Assembly: GCA_050261575.1 (NCBI GenBank)
Contig: JBLNDL010000029.1
Location: 1-49,074 of the forward strand
Origin: Sphingomonadaceae bacterium
Lineage (GTDB): Bacteria > Chloroflexota > UBA6077
DNA: 49,074 bases
Reading direction: 5' to 3'
Positions within the stretch are counted from its first letter, which is position 1; the number at the start of each line of letters is the position of its first letter. Of this stretch, positions 30,839-40,561 are shown piece by piece. A program made the position numbers and the translations under genes. Under the pieces are notes generated by a model. That model saw only the letters and a program-made list of their open reading frames with translations. It ran no database searches and was not told the DNA's origin.

Positions 30839-30937
30839 GACAGGGTAGCTGCAGACCCCCGGCAACCGCGGCCATCGGCAACGCGGCGGATCACCCCCTC
30901 CCCTCGACGCCCGGCAGCGACCGGCCTCGAGCAGCAG

Positions 30938-31003
30938 ATCCCGCCTAACGGGACACGTTCCCGCAGAACGGCATCATTATACAACATCGCGTCGGCCCGT
31001 CAA
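30938..31003 (-). promoter_or_regulatory. Promoter + operator, distal copy
   Basis: TTGACG-16-TATAAT (31003-30976) followed by TGCGGGAAcgTGTCCCGttagGCGGGA. Confidence 0.7.
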
Positions 31004-31210
31004 TCGTGTGTCCTCGCCTTGCGCCACCCGCCGATCGAGACTCCTCCCTGCTCCCGCGCCTCGGGCTGCCCCCACCCCTCCCCGGCGCCCCGGCGGGCAG
31101 CGGACGCCCCTCTCCAGTCAGGCAACCGAGTCCGTATCTACGCAAGATCATCTACACCATTGCACATTTCTTGCACCTTGGTTGTGCATCCAGAGCGTGG
31201 ATGCACCTCG

Positions 31211-34200
31211 TTGCGAATACCGCTGAACCTGCGAAGCAAGCTCGCAATAGCCTTCCTGCTGGTACTGATCCCTATGCTGGGATTAGTAATCTTCGACTAT
31301 CTGGACGACTACCGACGCTTCGAGGACACGCAACTCGAGAGCCAGGCGTGGATGGCCCAGGCCCTGGCCACCCTCTTGGACACCACCCTCGACCAAGCAG
31401 TGCAGGTGGGACAAGTCCTGGCCCTCGACCCGACCATCCGCACCCTCTCGTCCACCGACCCCGGTAGGCTGGACCCCTATCTTACCCGCTACCTCACCGC
31501 ATACCCGCAATTCGAGAACATCAACGTCTGGGATGCGCAGGGACAGAATGCCGGCTCCTCCGTCCCACCGCCGCCCGGGGAGCCCCGACCCAACATCGCG
31601 GACCGGCAGCACTTCCAGCAGGCCATGGCTACGGCTCAGCCAGCGGTGTCGGACGTGATCGTCTCACGGATCGGCAACATTCCCACCGTGGCCATCGCCG
31701 TCCCAATCACCCCCGACGGGGCAGGGGGGCCTGTGGGTGTGGTAACCATCCTGCTCGACTTCACATCGCTGGCCCAGCGGCTGCAGACCCTGCAACCGGA
31801 GCCCACCCGGGACATCTGGATCGCCAACAGGACGGGCAGAGTGGCGGTCCACACCCTCCAGAAGCCGTTGAGTTGGGAGGAGAGAGACATCTCCTGGTAC
31901 GAGCCAGTGCAGGTGGCCCTCTCCGGCGGGGAGTTCGTCGGCCACGTGGAGAGACTGCTGAGAGGCGAACCCGGCCTGGTGAACGTACGCGCGTCCCCCA
32001 AGTACGGCTGGATAGTCGTGGTGTCCATCGCAGAGTCCGCGTTGCGGGACGCCCTCTCGGAAGCCACCATGAACAGGTTCACCCTCTACCTCTCGATCGT
32101 CGTCCTCGCCGCCCTGGTGGCCTGGGGCTCTGCCTACTTCGTCATCCGCCCGCTGCGGGATCTCAACCACACCATCGCCGCCTTCGGGCGTGGCGAACTG
32201 ACCCAGCGAGCCCACGTGCGAACTGGCGACGAGTTAGAGACCACCGCCGAGACCTTCAACCGGATGGCGTCCGATCTGCAGAGGGAGCAGAACAGGCTGA
32301 GATTCCTGAGCGAGGTGAGCACCGCTCTCACCTCGGACCTGGAGGTGTCGCGCATCGCTAGAATGCTGGCCGAGCGCTTGACCGAGGTGCTGGGGGAATC
32401 CAGTTGGGTCTGTTTGCTGCCCCGGGATGGGGCCCGTTGCGGCGAACGCAGCTCCTACACTCGGCCCCGCGACCTCCACGAGCGGTTGCTGAGACTGTTC
32501 GAATCGCACGACGATTGGGTCACGTCCAACCTGTTCCTGCCCGTGTACCAGCGCGGCGAGCCCATCCTGATCCAGGACGTCGCCTCCTCCTGGATGGACG
32601 AGGGGCTGCGACGAGGGCTGGCGCAGATGGGCGCGGTCTCCCTGATGGTCGTTCCCCTGGTGGCCCGCGGCCGGAGCTTGGGGGTGCTGGCAAGCCTTAG
32701 CCTCAGCAAGGAGCGGCAGTTCGGCGAAGGCGAGGAGGCCTTCGCCATGGACATAGCGGGGCGTGCAGCCATGGCCATCGACAACGCCCTCCTATTTCAG
32801 CAGGTACAGGGCGAGCAGGCGCGACTCAGGACCATACTGAACACCGTGCCGGTGGGGGTGGTGGTTGCGCAGGCGGATGGACGGGTGATCATGGTGAACC
32901 AGATGGGGGAGAAGGTGACGGGAAGGCCGCCCACGAGCGCGCCGCCGGAGCAGTGGGGCGCGCTGTTTGGCCTCCGCCGCCCGAGCGGCGAGCCCTACCC
33001 GCCTCTGGAGAACCCCCTCGCCCGCTCCATACTTCGTGGCGAGACCATCGTGGGAGAGGAACTGCTGATCCGGCTGCCCTCGGGGGAAAGCCGTTACACC
33101 CTGGTGCACTCCGCCCCCTTGATCGACGAGGAGGGGCACAGGATCGGAGGCGTGGCGGTGCTGCAGGACATCACCCCCTTGAAGGAGGTGCAACGGCGGC
33201 TGGAGGAGTTGGCGAGGGACCACGAGCAGCGCCGCAGCGAGCTGGACGCGGTGATCGAGGGGGTGAGCGAGGGGATCACCATCGCCGATGGGCAGGGACG
33301 GATAGTGCGGATCAACGGCCAGGGGAGGGAGATCATCGGTCTCCCTACAGCGGCCGAGGGCCCGTTCAGCCTGGAGGACTACGCCAGCAGGATCAGCCTC
33401 TGCTACCTCGACGGCCGCCCCATGCCTCTCGACCAGTGGCCCATCTCACGCGCAATCAGAGGGGAGGCCGTCAGCGGCCAGGAGGTCATCCTCGTTCAGC
33501 CGAACGGGAAGAGGCTGCACCTGCTGTCCAGCACCGGAATGGTGAGGGACGAGCAGGGTCGGGTGAGGCTGGCGATGAGCATCTTCCGGGACATCACTCC
33601 TATTCGGGAGCTGGAGAGGGCACGGGAGGAGTTCATCTCCGTCGTGGCCCACGACCTCCGATCCCCCCTCACCGTCATCACTGGCTTCGCGGGGTTGCTG
33701 CAGCGGCTCCCCCCGGGCCAACATGGCAAGGTGCAGGAGACCCGGGCGGTGGAGAGCATCCTCGTCAGTGCCAAGCGTCTGGACAAGATGGTGGCCGACC
33801 TTCTGGATGCCTCCCGCATCGAGGCCAGCCGACTGGTGCTCACCAAGGAGACGATCGATCTGCCGCGGCTGATCCACGAGGTGGTGGAACGAACGGCGGA
33901 GATCACGAGAGGGCACCCGGTACGGCTGGAGACTGCGGGAGTGATCCGAGAGATACTGGCCGACCCCGCCCGCCTGGAGCAGGTGCTGACGAACCTCCTC
34001 TCCAACGCCGCCAAGTACTCTTACCCGGGCAGCGAGATCGTGGTCAAGGTGGAGCCACACCCGAAGGAGAGAGAGGTGATGGTGTCGGTAGCCAACCAGG
34101 GACATGGGATAGCCCCGGAGGACCGTGAGGCCATCTTCGCCCGCTTCCGCCGAGCGCGCACCGAGGCCGAGGGGAGGGTGCCTGGCCTCGGGCTGGGACT

Positions 34201-34312
34201 GTACATCACCAAGGGGCTGGTGGAGGCCCACGGCGGGCGCATCTGGGTGGAGAGCGAAAGGGGGAAGACCACTACCTTCAGCTTCACGCTGCCAACCAAC
34301 GATCACGAGTAA
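31211..34312 (+). CDS. Membrane sensor histidine kinase (Cache-HAMP-GAF-PAS-PAS-HisKA-HATPase)
   Basis: Two TM segments, HAMP GDELETTAETFNRMA, H-box AHDLRSPL, N-box NLLSNAAKYS, GLGLGL; TTG start at 31211 inferred. Confidence 0.9.
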   Translation: MRIPLNLRSKLAIAFLLVLIPMLGLVIFDYLDDYRRFEDTQLESQAWMAQALATLLDTTLDQAVQVGQVLALDPTIRTLSSTDPGRLDPYLTRYLTAYPQFENINVWDAQGQNAGSSVPPPPGEPRPNIADRQHFQQAMATAQPAVSDVIVSRIGNIPTVAIAVPITPDGAGGPVGVVTILLDFTSLAQRLQTLQPEPTRDIWIANRTGRVAVHTLQKPLSWEERDISWYEPVQVALSGGEFVGHVERLLRGEPGLVNVRASPKYGWIVVVSIAESALRDALSEATMNRFTLYLSIVVLAALVAWGSAYFVIRPLRDLNHTIAAFGRGELTQRAHVRTGDELETTAETFNRMASDLQREQNRLRFLSEVSTALTSDLEVSRIARMLAERLTEVLGESSWVCLLPRDGARCGERSSYTRPRDLHERLLRLFESHDDWVTSNLFLPVYQRGEPILIQDVASSWMDEGLRRGLAQMGAVSLMVVPLVARGRSLGVLASLSLSKERQFGEGEEAFAMDIAGRAAMAIDNALLFQQVQGEQARLRTILNTVPVGVVVAQADGRVIMVNQMGEKVTGRPPTSAPPEQWGALFGLRRPSGEPYPPLENPLARSILRGETIVGEELLIRLPSGESRYTLVHSAPLIDEEGHRIGGVAVLQDITPLKEVQRRLEELARDHEQRRSELDAVIEGVSEGITIADGQGRIVRINGQGREIIGLPTAAEGPFSLEDYASRISLCYLDGRPMPLDQWPISRAIRGEAVSGQEVILVQPNGKRLHLLSSTGMVRDEQGRVRLAMSIFRDITPIRELERAREEFISVVAHDLRSPLTVITGFAGLLQRLPPGQHGKVQETRAVESILVSAKRLDKMVADLLDASRIEASRLVLTKETIDLPRLIHEVVERTAEITRGHPVRLETAGVIREILADPARLEQVLTNLLSNAAKYSYPGSEIVVKVEPHPKEREVMVSVANQGHGIAPEDREAIFARFRRARTEAEGRVPGLGLGLYITKGLVEAHGGRIWVESERGKTTTFSFTLPTNDHE

Positions 34313-34327
34313 CGAGGGACGAGAAGG

Positions 34328-34996
34328 TCACTCATCCCTCATCATGCCGGTCGGACAGATGTCCCGGAGGGGGCAGCGGGGACAGGCCGGAGCGGGACGG
34401 CACACCCCCTTCCCGAGCGCGACGATCAGGGCGTGGTACTCCTGGAAGAGCGGCACCGAAGGCGGGAGGTGCCGCATGAACAGGCCCTGCAGCTCGGAGT
34501 ACCCGACGCCGGAGGGCACGAGCCCCAGTCGGGCGAAGACCCGTCGGGTGTAGGCGTCCACCACGAAGATCGGCTGTCGGGCGCCGTACAGCACGATGGA
34601 GTCAGCGGTCTCCGGACCGATACCCCAGACGGAGAGTAGCTCCTCACGCAGCTCTGGAAGTTTCACGTGAAACAGCGAGGCGAGCAGGCCACCGTGTCGC
34701 TCGCGCAAGTGCAGGCAGAAGGCCTTCAGCTTTCGGGCCTTGGCGTTGAAGTAGCCGCTCGACCTGACGGCGGAGGCCAGCTCCGCCTCGGAGGCAGCCT
34801 CGATCGCCTCGGGGCTCAGCAGCCCCTCCGCCTTCAGCCGGTCGATCGCCCTCTCCACGTTCACCCAGGCCGTCGACTGTGTCAGGATGGCACCAACCAC
34901 CATCTCGAAGTCGCTTTCGGCTGGCCACCACCCCTGCGGCCCGAAGGCCACCAGCAATCGCTCGTAGATCTCGAGAAGACGCTCGCGTGTCTCCAC
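34328..34996 (-). CDS. HhH-GPD DNA glycosylase (endonuclease III-related) with Fe-S motif
   Basis: GPQGWWPA, GAILTQ, GIGPETAD, VVDAYTRR, C-terminal CRPAPACPRCPLRDIC; GTG start at 34996 inferred. Confidence 0.9.
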   Translation of the reverse strand: METRERLLEIYERLLVAFGPQGWWPAESDFEMVVGAILTQSTAWVNVERAIDRLKAEGLLSPEAIEAASEAELASAVRSSGYFNAKARKLKAFCLHLRERHGGLLASLFHVKLPELREELLSVWGIGPETADSIVLYGARQPIFVVDAYTRRVFARLGLVPSGVGYSELQGLFMRHLPPSVPLFQEYHALIVALGKGVCRPAPACPRCPLRDICPTGMMRDE

Positions 34997-35290
34997 CCCT
35001 TCCAACCTACCCCCAGGACGATGGTCTCGCCCACCAGACCGGCAACCGCCTCCGGCGCGCGGCTCGTCCAATCTGACCCAATCGACGCACGCCGCAGATC
35101 CCGGACGGCCCACGCACCCACCACTACGAACAGGCGAAGACCCGGCCCTGGGACCGGGCCCGGAGGGCAACGCGGGGCGCTATGATAGCACAACCCCTGG
35201 CAGCCCCCCATGTCTGCGCGCACGAGAGCAGCCCATCGGGCAGGGCGCCAGATGGGCCAGTCGATCCCTCACTCCGCCGAGGAGACCCCT

Positions 35291-35443
35291 CTACGTCAGC
35301 ATCGAAATGCAGATCAAGATGACCGCGAGCGCCAGAGCGGTCACGGGCGGCAGAACAGCCCCGACGATGGCGAGGATAGCCAGGATGAGGGCCACCACGA
35401 CGAGGATCGTATCCACAGAGAACCCAGCCACGGAACGAGCCAT
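35291..35443 (-). CDS. Small membrane protein (50 aa)
   Basis: GGAGGTGAG RBS + ATG; two hydrophobic helices. Confidence 0.7.
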   Translation of the reverse strand: MARSVAGFSVDTILVVVALILAILAIVGAVLPPVTALALAVILICISMLT

Positions 35444-35503
35444 TCGTCTCACCTCCACACAACATGCGTAGCGCCCGAACACCGAGCCGGGCCATGCATC
35501 GTG

Positions 35504-35518
35504 GCAGAATACGTGCCG
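35504..35518 (-). promoter_or_regulatory. Candidate sigma54 (-24/-12) promoter
   Basis: cGGCACGtattcTGC, GG-N10-GC spacing. Confidence 0.45.
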
Positions 35519-35684
35519 CCCAGACATGGCGGCGGCACGCCTCGCTCAGCACCGGGATGGGGACGCGTCAGCGGGCGCGAACCTGATCGGATGGCTCGGC
35601 GCGGCGCGGCGCATGCCTGGAGTGGGGCGATGTGGCCCGGGGGCAGCGCTGCCGAGCGGGCGAGGTTCCATCCGAACCGCGGCG

Positions 35685-35713
35685 TTGACAAAGACACAGC
35701 CGCCCCTTACAGT
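35685..35713 (+). promoter_or_regulatory. Sigma70-type promoter
   Basis: TTGACA-17-TACAGT upstream of 35834. Confidence 0.65.
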
Positions 35714-35833
35714 GGCGCTCACGGCTAGCCGCGAGCCGGCCACCGCGACGGGGAGCTGTGCAGCTCTGGCCCCTTCCCCCACGGGCAACTGCCGGCGGAT
35801 GCAGCCAGTTCGAAGGAGAGGTGTTTCTCGAGA

Positions 35834-36640
35834 ATGAGCACCGCCGCTCGCCGCGACATCCTGATCTCCGGCGTCCAGTTCGACCGAGAGCTCCGCTCAG
35901 GCAAGATCTCCGTGCTGGAGTTGGCCCCGATCGCACTCCGGCATGGCCTCGCCGGAGTCGAATACCGAGAGGTCTACTGGCACGACAAGGCAACGGAGCT
36001 GCCGGCGCTGCGGGAGCAGTTGGCGCGACTCGGTCTCAAGGCCGTCTACGCCACCTTCAACACCCTCTTCAGTAGGGATCCCGAGAAACAGAAGCTGCTG
36101 GTGCAGGATCTGGAGGACGCCCACGCGCTCGGCGCCCCCTTCATGAGGGTCTTCCGGGGCGAGCGCCCAACCGCTTCCCCCGCGGACGCGTCGATGCGGG
36201 ATGCAGCCAAGGCGCTGGTGGAACGGGCTGCCAGCTACGGGATGCGCCTGGCCCTGGAGAACTACTCGGGCATCCCCGGCAGCCGCCCAGAGGAGATCCT
36301 GGAAGCGCTAGAGATCCTCGACTCCCCCGTCGTGGGCGTCAACATCGACTTCGCCAACTTCGCTGGCCACGGCATCGACCCCATCGAGGCGATCGAACGG
36401 CTGGCCCCCTGGATCATCTACACCCACCTCAAGGACCACCGCCCGACGGCAGATGGGAAAGCGGTCAACAGCTACCTCGGGAGCGGCAACCTCCCGCTGC
36501 CCGCGATCCTCGAGTCCCTGGAGGCCACCGGCCGAAACTTCCCATACTGCTTCGAGTTCCTCGGTGAGGACGACCCAGAAGGGAGCATCGCCAAGAGCAT
36601 CGCCTACCTATCCGGCCTCGGTCTGGGAAGCAGGGGTTAG
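35834..36640 (+). CDS. Sugar phosphate isomerase/epimerase (xylose isomerase-like TIM barrel)
   Basis: LALEN, NIDFAN, YTHLKD, CFEF metal-ligand pattern. Confidence 0.85.
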   Translation: MSTAARRDILISGVQFDRELRSGKISVLELAPIALRHGLAGVEYREVYWHDKATELPALREQLARLGLKAVYATFNTLFSRDPEKQKLLVQDLEDAHALGAPFMRVFRGERPTASPADASMRDAAKALVERAASYGMRLALENYSGIPGSRPEEILEALEILDSPVVGVNIDFANFAGHGIDPIEAIERLAPWIIYTHLKDHRPTADGKAVNSYLGSGNLPLPAILESLEATGRNFPYCFEFLGEDDPEGSIAKSIAYLSGLGLGSRG

Positions 36641-36725
36641 CCCACATCCCATCGCCGGCCAGCGCGCTCGCTGCACCCGATCGCATCGCGCCCTCCTCGC
36701 GACGCGATCCCCCGCCCCTGCTCGT

Positions 36726-36740
36726 TGGTACGGCTCGTGC
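36726..36740 (+). promoter_or_regulatory. Candidate sigma54 promoter
   Basis: TGGTACGgctcgTGC, GG-N10-GC spacing, 25 nt before ATG 36766. Confidence 0.45.
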
Positions 36741-36765
36741 CACCCCGACCCCGAGGTGACAGGCC

Positions 36766-37239
36766 ATGAGCGTATTCGAGCAGCTTGGCTTAGACGAAGA
36801 CCGGGTGCGCTCCGCGCTGGAAAGCCTGGACTGGAGCGGGCCGTTGACCACCGCGGAGATCGCCAGACAACTCGATGACCTCCCCGAGGACCTCTTCGGC
36901 AACCTGGCCGACGGGGCGATCTTCCACGACCCGTCGGAGGTGCTTCGGGCGCTGATGGGAGAGATCGACCTGGATGCGGCCGACTTCCCGACGGAGGGGG
37001 CCGAGTCCATCGGAGGACCCTCCGGCTACGGCGGCTCCACCACCGGCCGGCCGGTGGTTACCCCCTCCACCTCGCATGGGATCGGCTCCGGCTCCGACAC
37101 CGGCGACACCGGCAGCGGCAACACCGAGGCCACCGGCTGGGGCAGGGCGGGCACCACCTTCGGCGAGGAGGCGGTGGAGGAGCGCACCGAAGACGAACTG
37201 GGAGGCGAAGGCGGAGAGCCCGAGAGCCGCATCGTGTGA
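36766..37239 (+). CDS. Acidic hypothetical protein with Gly/Ser/Thr/Glu-rich disordered tail
   Basis: GAGGTG RBS; small helical N domain followed by a low-complexity tail; contains no lysine. Confidence 0.7.
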   Translation: MSVFEQLGLDEDRVRSALESLDWSGPLTTAEIARQLDDLPEDLFGNLADGAIFHDPSEVLRALMGEIDLDAADFPTEGAESIGGPSGYGGSTTGRPVVTPSTSHGIGSGSDTGDTGSGNTEATGWGRAGTTFGEEAVEERTEDELGGEGGEPESRIV

Positions 37240-37278
37240 CGAAAGGCGGAGTGGCATCCGCGGTGCCGGTGCGGAATC

Positions 37279-38352
37279 CTACCGGGTGGCCAACTGCTCC
37301 ATCCTGGAGCAAATGGCGTCGCCCATCTCCGAGGTGGTCGATTGGCCACCCAGATCCCTGGTGCGCACCTTCCCCTCGGCCATCACCGACTCGACGGCCC
37401 TGCCGATTAGGTCGGCTGCTCCCGCCTCGCCCAGCCACTCCACGAGCATCCTGCCCGCCAGGATGGTAGCTAGCGGGTTCACGACGTTCTTCCCCGCGTA
37501 CTTCGGCGCCGAGCCGTGGATCGGCTCGAAGAGGGAGGGGAAGCGCCTCTCCGGATTGTAGTTGGCGCCCGGGGCGAGTCCCAGCCCCCCACCCACCATG
37601 GCGGCCTCGTCGGAGAGGATGTCCCCAAACATGCTCGTGGCCACGATCACGTCGAACCACTCTGGCTGCTTGATCAACTGCATGGCGAAGGCGTCCACGT
37701 GGAGCTTGCTGGCCTCCACATCCGGATACTGCGCCGACACCTCGGCGAAGACCTCGTCCCACAGTGGCATGGAGTGATTGAGGGCGTTGGACTTGGTCGC
37801 TGCCGTGACCCTCTTCTTGCCGTTCCTCTTGCGGGCGAGATCGAAGGCGAACCTCATCACGCGCTCCGCTCCCTTGCGGGTGACGACCGACACTTGTATC
37901 GCCAGCTCCTCGGGGGAGCCCACGTGGAGCCGCCCCCCCACACCAGAGTACTCGCCCTCGGTGTTCTCCCTGACCACCACCAGATCGATCTCGGTCTTGC
38001 CACGGATGGGCGAGACGACGCCCGGCCACAACCGGACGGGACGCGCGTTGGCGTACATGTCGAACGCCTTGCGGATCTTGTGCATCATCCCCTGGGAGCA
38101 CACCGACTCAGGCACCCGAGCGGGGTCGCCGTGGGCCCCGTAGTAGATGGCGTCGAACCCCTTCAGGGTCTCGATCCCGTCAGCCGCCATCGGCAGCCCG
38201 GTCTTCAGGTAGTATCCGGCGCCCCACGGGAACTCGGTGAACTCGTAGCTCCCAAAGCCGAGGCTCTCCGCCATCCGGAGCACCTTCACACCTTCCCGCA
38301 CCACCTCCGGACCCACACCGTCGCCAGAGATCACCGCGATTCGGTATGCCAT
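37279..38352 (-). CDS. Beta-decarboxylating dehydrogenase (tartrate/D-malate/isopropylmalate family)
   Basis: GDGVGPEV, VRENTEGEY, TKSNAL, FGDILSD, FEPIHGSAP. Confidence 0.9.
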   Translation of the reverse strand: MAYRIAVISGDGVGPEVVREGVKVLRMAESLGFGSYEFTEFPWGAGYYLKTGLPMAADGIETLKGFDAIYYGAHGDPARVPESVCSQGMMHKIRKAFDMYANARPVRLWPGVVSPIRGKTEIDLVVVRENTEGEYSGVGGRLHVGSPEELAIQVSVVTRKGAERVMRFAFDLARKRNGKKRVTAATKSNALNHSMPLWDEVFAEVSAQYPDVEASKLHVDAFAMQLIKQPEWFDVIVATSMFGDILSDEAAMVGGGLGLAPGANYNPERRFPSLFEPIHGSAPKYAGKNVVNPLATILAGRMLVEWLGEAGAADLIGRAVESVMAEGKVRTRDLGGQSTTSEMGDAICSRMEQLATR

Positions 38353-38481
38353 GACGTTGCCACCTCCATACAGCGTTCAGCTAGGCAGTCCACGAAGACT
38401 CGCGATACTTGGTCGCAAGACAGTCCCTCAGGCTGGGGTGAGCAGCGGTAAGGCCCGGGGGCGAGGTGCGGACACCACCTT

Positions 38482-39465
38482 CTACGGGTTCTCGACAAGG
38501 TCGTCGTCCTCAGGCACGATCTCCCTCAACGCGCCAAGCAATCGGATCAGCCGCTCCTGCTTCTTCCGCCGCAACGACTCCACGTCCTTGCCGGTCCAAT
38601 CGTAGAACCCCTTGCCGGCCTTTGCCCCCAACTCGCCCCTTGCCACCTTCTCTACGAGAATGGGCAGCGGTACCTTGCTGTCCTCGAGGGTGGGGTAGAT
38701 GGATGAGGTGGCGGCGACGTGGGTATCGAGACCGGCCCAGTCTCGCTGTTCGAGGACCCCGGTCAGCGGCAGCCGAAGGCCGAACCCCAGCCTTATCGCT
38801 CGATCCACGTCCCGAGGTCCGGCGACACCCCTCTGCACCAGCGAGATGGCCTCACGAGCCAGCGCAAGCTGGAGCCGGTTTACCAGGTACCCCCTGAGGT
38901 CCCCTCTGCACACCACCGGCTCCTTGCCGCACCGCTTCCAGAAGGCCACGGTCGACTCCACCACCCGATCGGAGGTCACCCGCCCGTACCCCACCTCCAC
39001 GAGGGGGACGACGGCCGCAGGGTAGAAGAAGTGGGATCCGACCACTCGCTCGGGGCGGCTGGTGGCCTCAGCGATGTCCCCAACGCTGAGGCCCGAGGTG
39101 TTGGTGGCGAGGATGGCATCCGCGGGAGCGTGGCAATCCAGCCGCTCGAAGATCCCCCGCTTGACCTCCAGATCCTCCACCACCGTCTCCAGGGTGAACT
39201 CGGACTCCGCGGCGGCCCTCTCTAGGGAGGTGGTGGGCACGATACGACCGAGAACCGCGCCCACCTGGTCCTCCTCCAGCCATCCGTATCGAACGAAGGC
39301 GGCCAGGCCGTCCCGCACTTGACCGAGGCATCTCCTCAGCGACTGCTCGCTACGCCCCACGAGGTACACCTGGCAGCCGGCCTGGGCAAGGATCTGCACC
39401 AGCCCGGCAGCCATCAGCCCCGAGCCAATAACCGCCGTCCTCTCGATTCTCGCCGCGTCCATCAT
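38482..39465 (-). CDS. 3-hydroxyacyl-CoA dehydrogenase family protein, second homologue
   Basis: GSGLMA, ETVVEDLEVK, TNTSGL, SHFFYP...PLVE, GYLVNRL. Confidence 0.88.
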   Translation of the reverse strand: MMDAARIERTAVIGSGLMAAGLVQILAQAGCQVYLVGRSEQSLRRCLGQVRDGLAAFVRYGWLEEDQVGAVLGRIVPTTSLERAAAESEFTLETVVEDLEVKRGIFERLDCHAPADAILATNTSGLSVGDIAEATSRPERVVGSHFFYPAAVVPLVEVGYGRVTSDRVVESTVAFWKRCGKEPVVCRGDLRGYLVNRLQLALAREAISLVQRGVAGPRDVDRAIRLGFGLRLPLTGVLEQRDWAGLDTHVAATSSIYPTLEDSKVPLPILVEKVARGELGAKAGKGFYDWTGKDVESLRRKKQERLIRLLGALREIVPEDDDLVENP

Positions 39466-39579
39466 CGCCCCCCACCTCAACTCGACTACTCTTCATCCAA
39501 CTCGGCCGCCCCAACTGCCCCAGGATCCCCACCTCCGGGTCCCGGATGGGGCGGAGTCCGCAGGCGTGGATCAGGCCGA

Positions 39580-39653
39580 CCCAGCAGATATCTCAGGATA
39601 GAGTACACGTTTACCGCCTGATGAGCTGACATGGATCAGAGATACCTGCTCGG
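39580..39653 (+). repeat. 74 bp MITE-like element, copy 4
   Basis: CCCAGCAGATATCTCAGGATAGAGTACACGTTTACCGCC...GAGCTGACATGGATCAGAGATACCTGCTCGG. Confidence 0.8.
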
Positions 39654-40012
39654 GCTGTCGGCAATGGCGGCGCTGCTGTTGGGGAAACTGGAGATCCGTC
39701 CAGCGAAGGAAGGCGGCTCCAAGGGGTCCTCCCACCGACTCTGGGGATACGCTATCGCAGCGTACTGTATACCGTTGCCACCGCTCTCCCGTCAAGCGGT
39801 TCGGATGTCCGGACTATCATAGTGGCGGCGGGCCTGACCGTCTGCCCCGGGTGCACACAACGTAATGCGAGCGAGCGCAGACTCGCGAGCACAGCCTCCA
39901 CGAGCCATCGGACAGTAAATGGGGACGGGCACGCGCATCTGCACCCGTTCCTGAGGGGGGACGGGGGCGGCAATGCGCCCCCTCAGGGCCAGCACGGCGG
40001 GGAGGCAACGCC

Positions 40013-40510
40013 TCAGGCGGCCCGACGATGCTCCTCTTCCTCGACTATCCGCCTCTCCTGATTCGATACCGGCTCGACGCCGACGTGGTGCCGATACACC
40101 ATCTCCCAGCCCAACCAGCCGGAGACGCCGAGCCAGATAACCCCCAGCGCCTGCAGGATCAGCGGAGGGGTCACGTTGCCGGCCACGGGGCCGGTAAACC
40201 CGCCCAGCAGCAGCCAGCTAACGAAGAACAGCACGACGATGGACCCGTTGAGAACCCCGTGCCAGGTAGCTATGGGCTTGGCGGCCACATCGCGGGGTAT
40301 GGTCGCCCAATCCACCAGCCCCGCAACCGCAGCCAGCAGCCCGCCCACCACACCTGCGATGGATAGCCAATAGCTGGCCTGCAGCCAGAAGAAGTCGGCC
40401 GTGAAGGCGAAGACGATGAGCGAGAGCAGCCCGAGGACGAAGGAGCCGATAGGCAGAGGGATAATCATCGGGTGAATGGGATGCCCGAAGATGCGAGCCC
40501 TGCTGAACAT
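40013..40510 (-). CDS. DUF2231-like membrane protein
   Basis: GHPIHPMIIPLPIG, GLVDW, HGVLN, GWLGWEMVYRHHVGV; four TM segments. Confidence 0.8.
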   Translation of the reverse strand: MFSRARIFGHPIHPMIIPLPIGSFVLGLLSLIVFAFTADFFWLQASYWLSIAGVVGGLLAAVAGLVDWATIPRDVAAKPIATWHGVLNGSIVVLFFVSWLLLGGFTGPVAGNVTPPLILQALGVIWLGVSGWLGWEMVYRHHVGVEPVSNQERRIVEEEEHRRAA

Positions 40511-40546
40511 GACCCACCTCCTCTTCTCCGAGATCCTGTCGAGAAG

Positions 40547-40561
40547 GCAACTCCCATGCCG
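40547..40561 (-). promoter_or_regulatory. Candidate sigma54 promoter
   Basis: cGGCATGggagTTGC, GG-N10-GC spacing, 36 nt before ATG 40510. Confidence 0.55.

Noticed and set aside
30617..31210. N-terminal 198 aa of the 1231-aa kinase ORF
   Set aside because: Pro/Arg-rich non-protein-like sequence overlapping the opposite-strand promoters; the first TM segment begins shortly after 31211.
37279..38352. Calling the dehydrogenase leuB
   Set aside because: No leu operon context; specificity among tartrate, D-malate and isopropylmalate cannot be fixed by eye.
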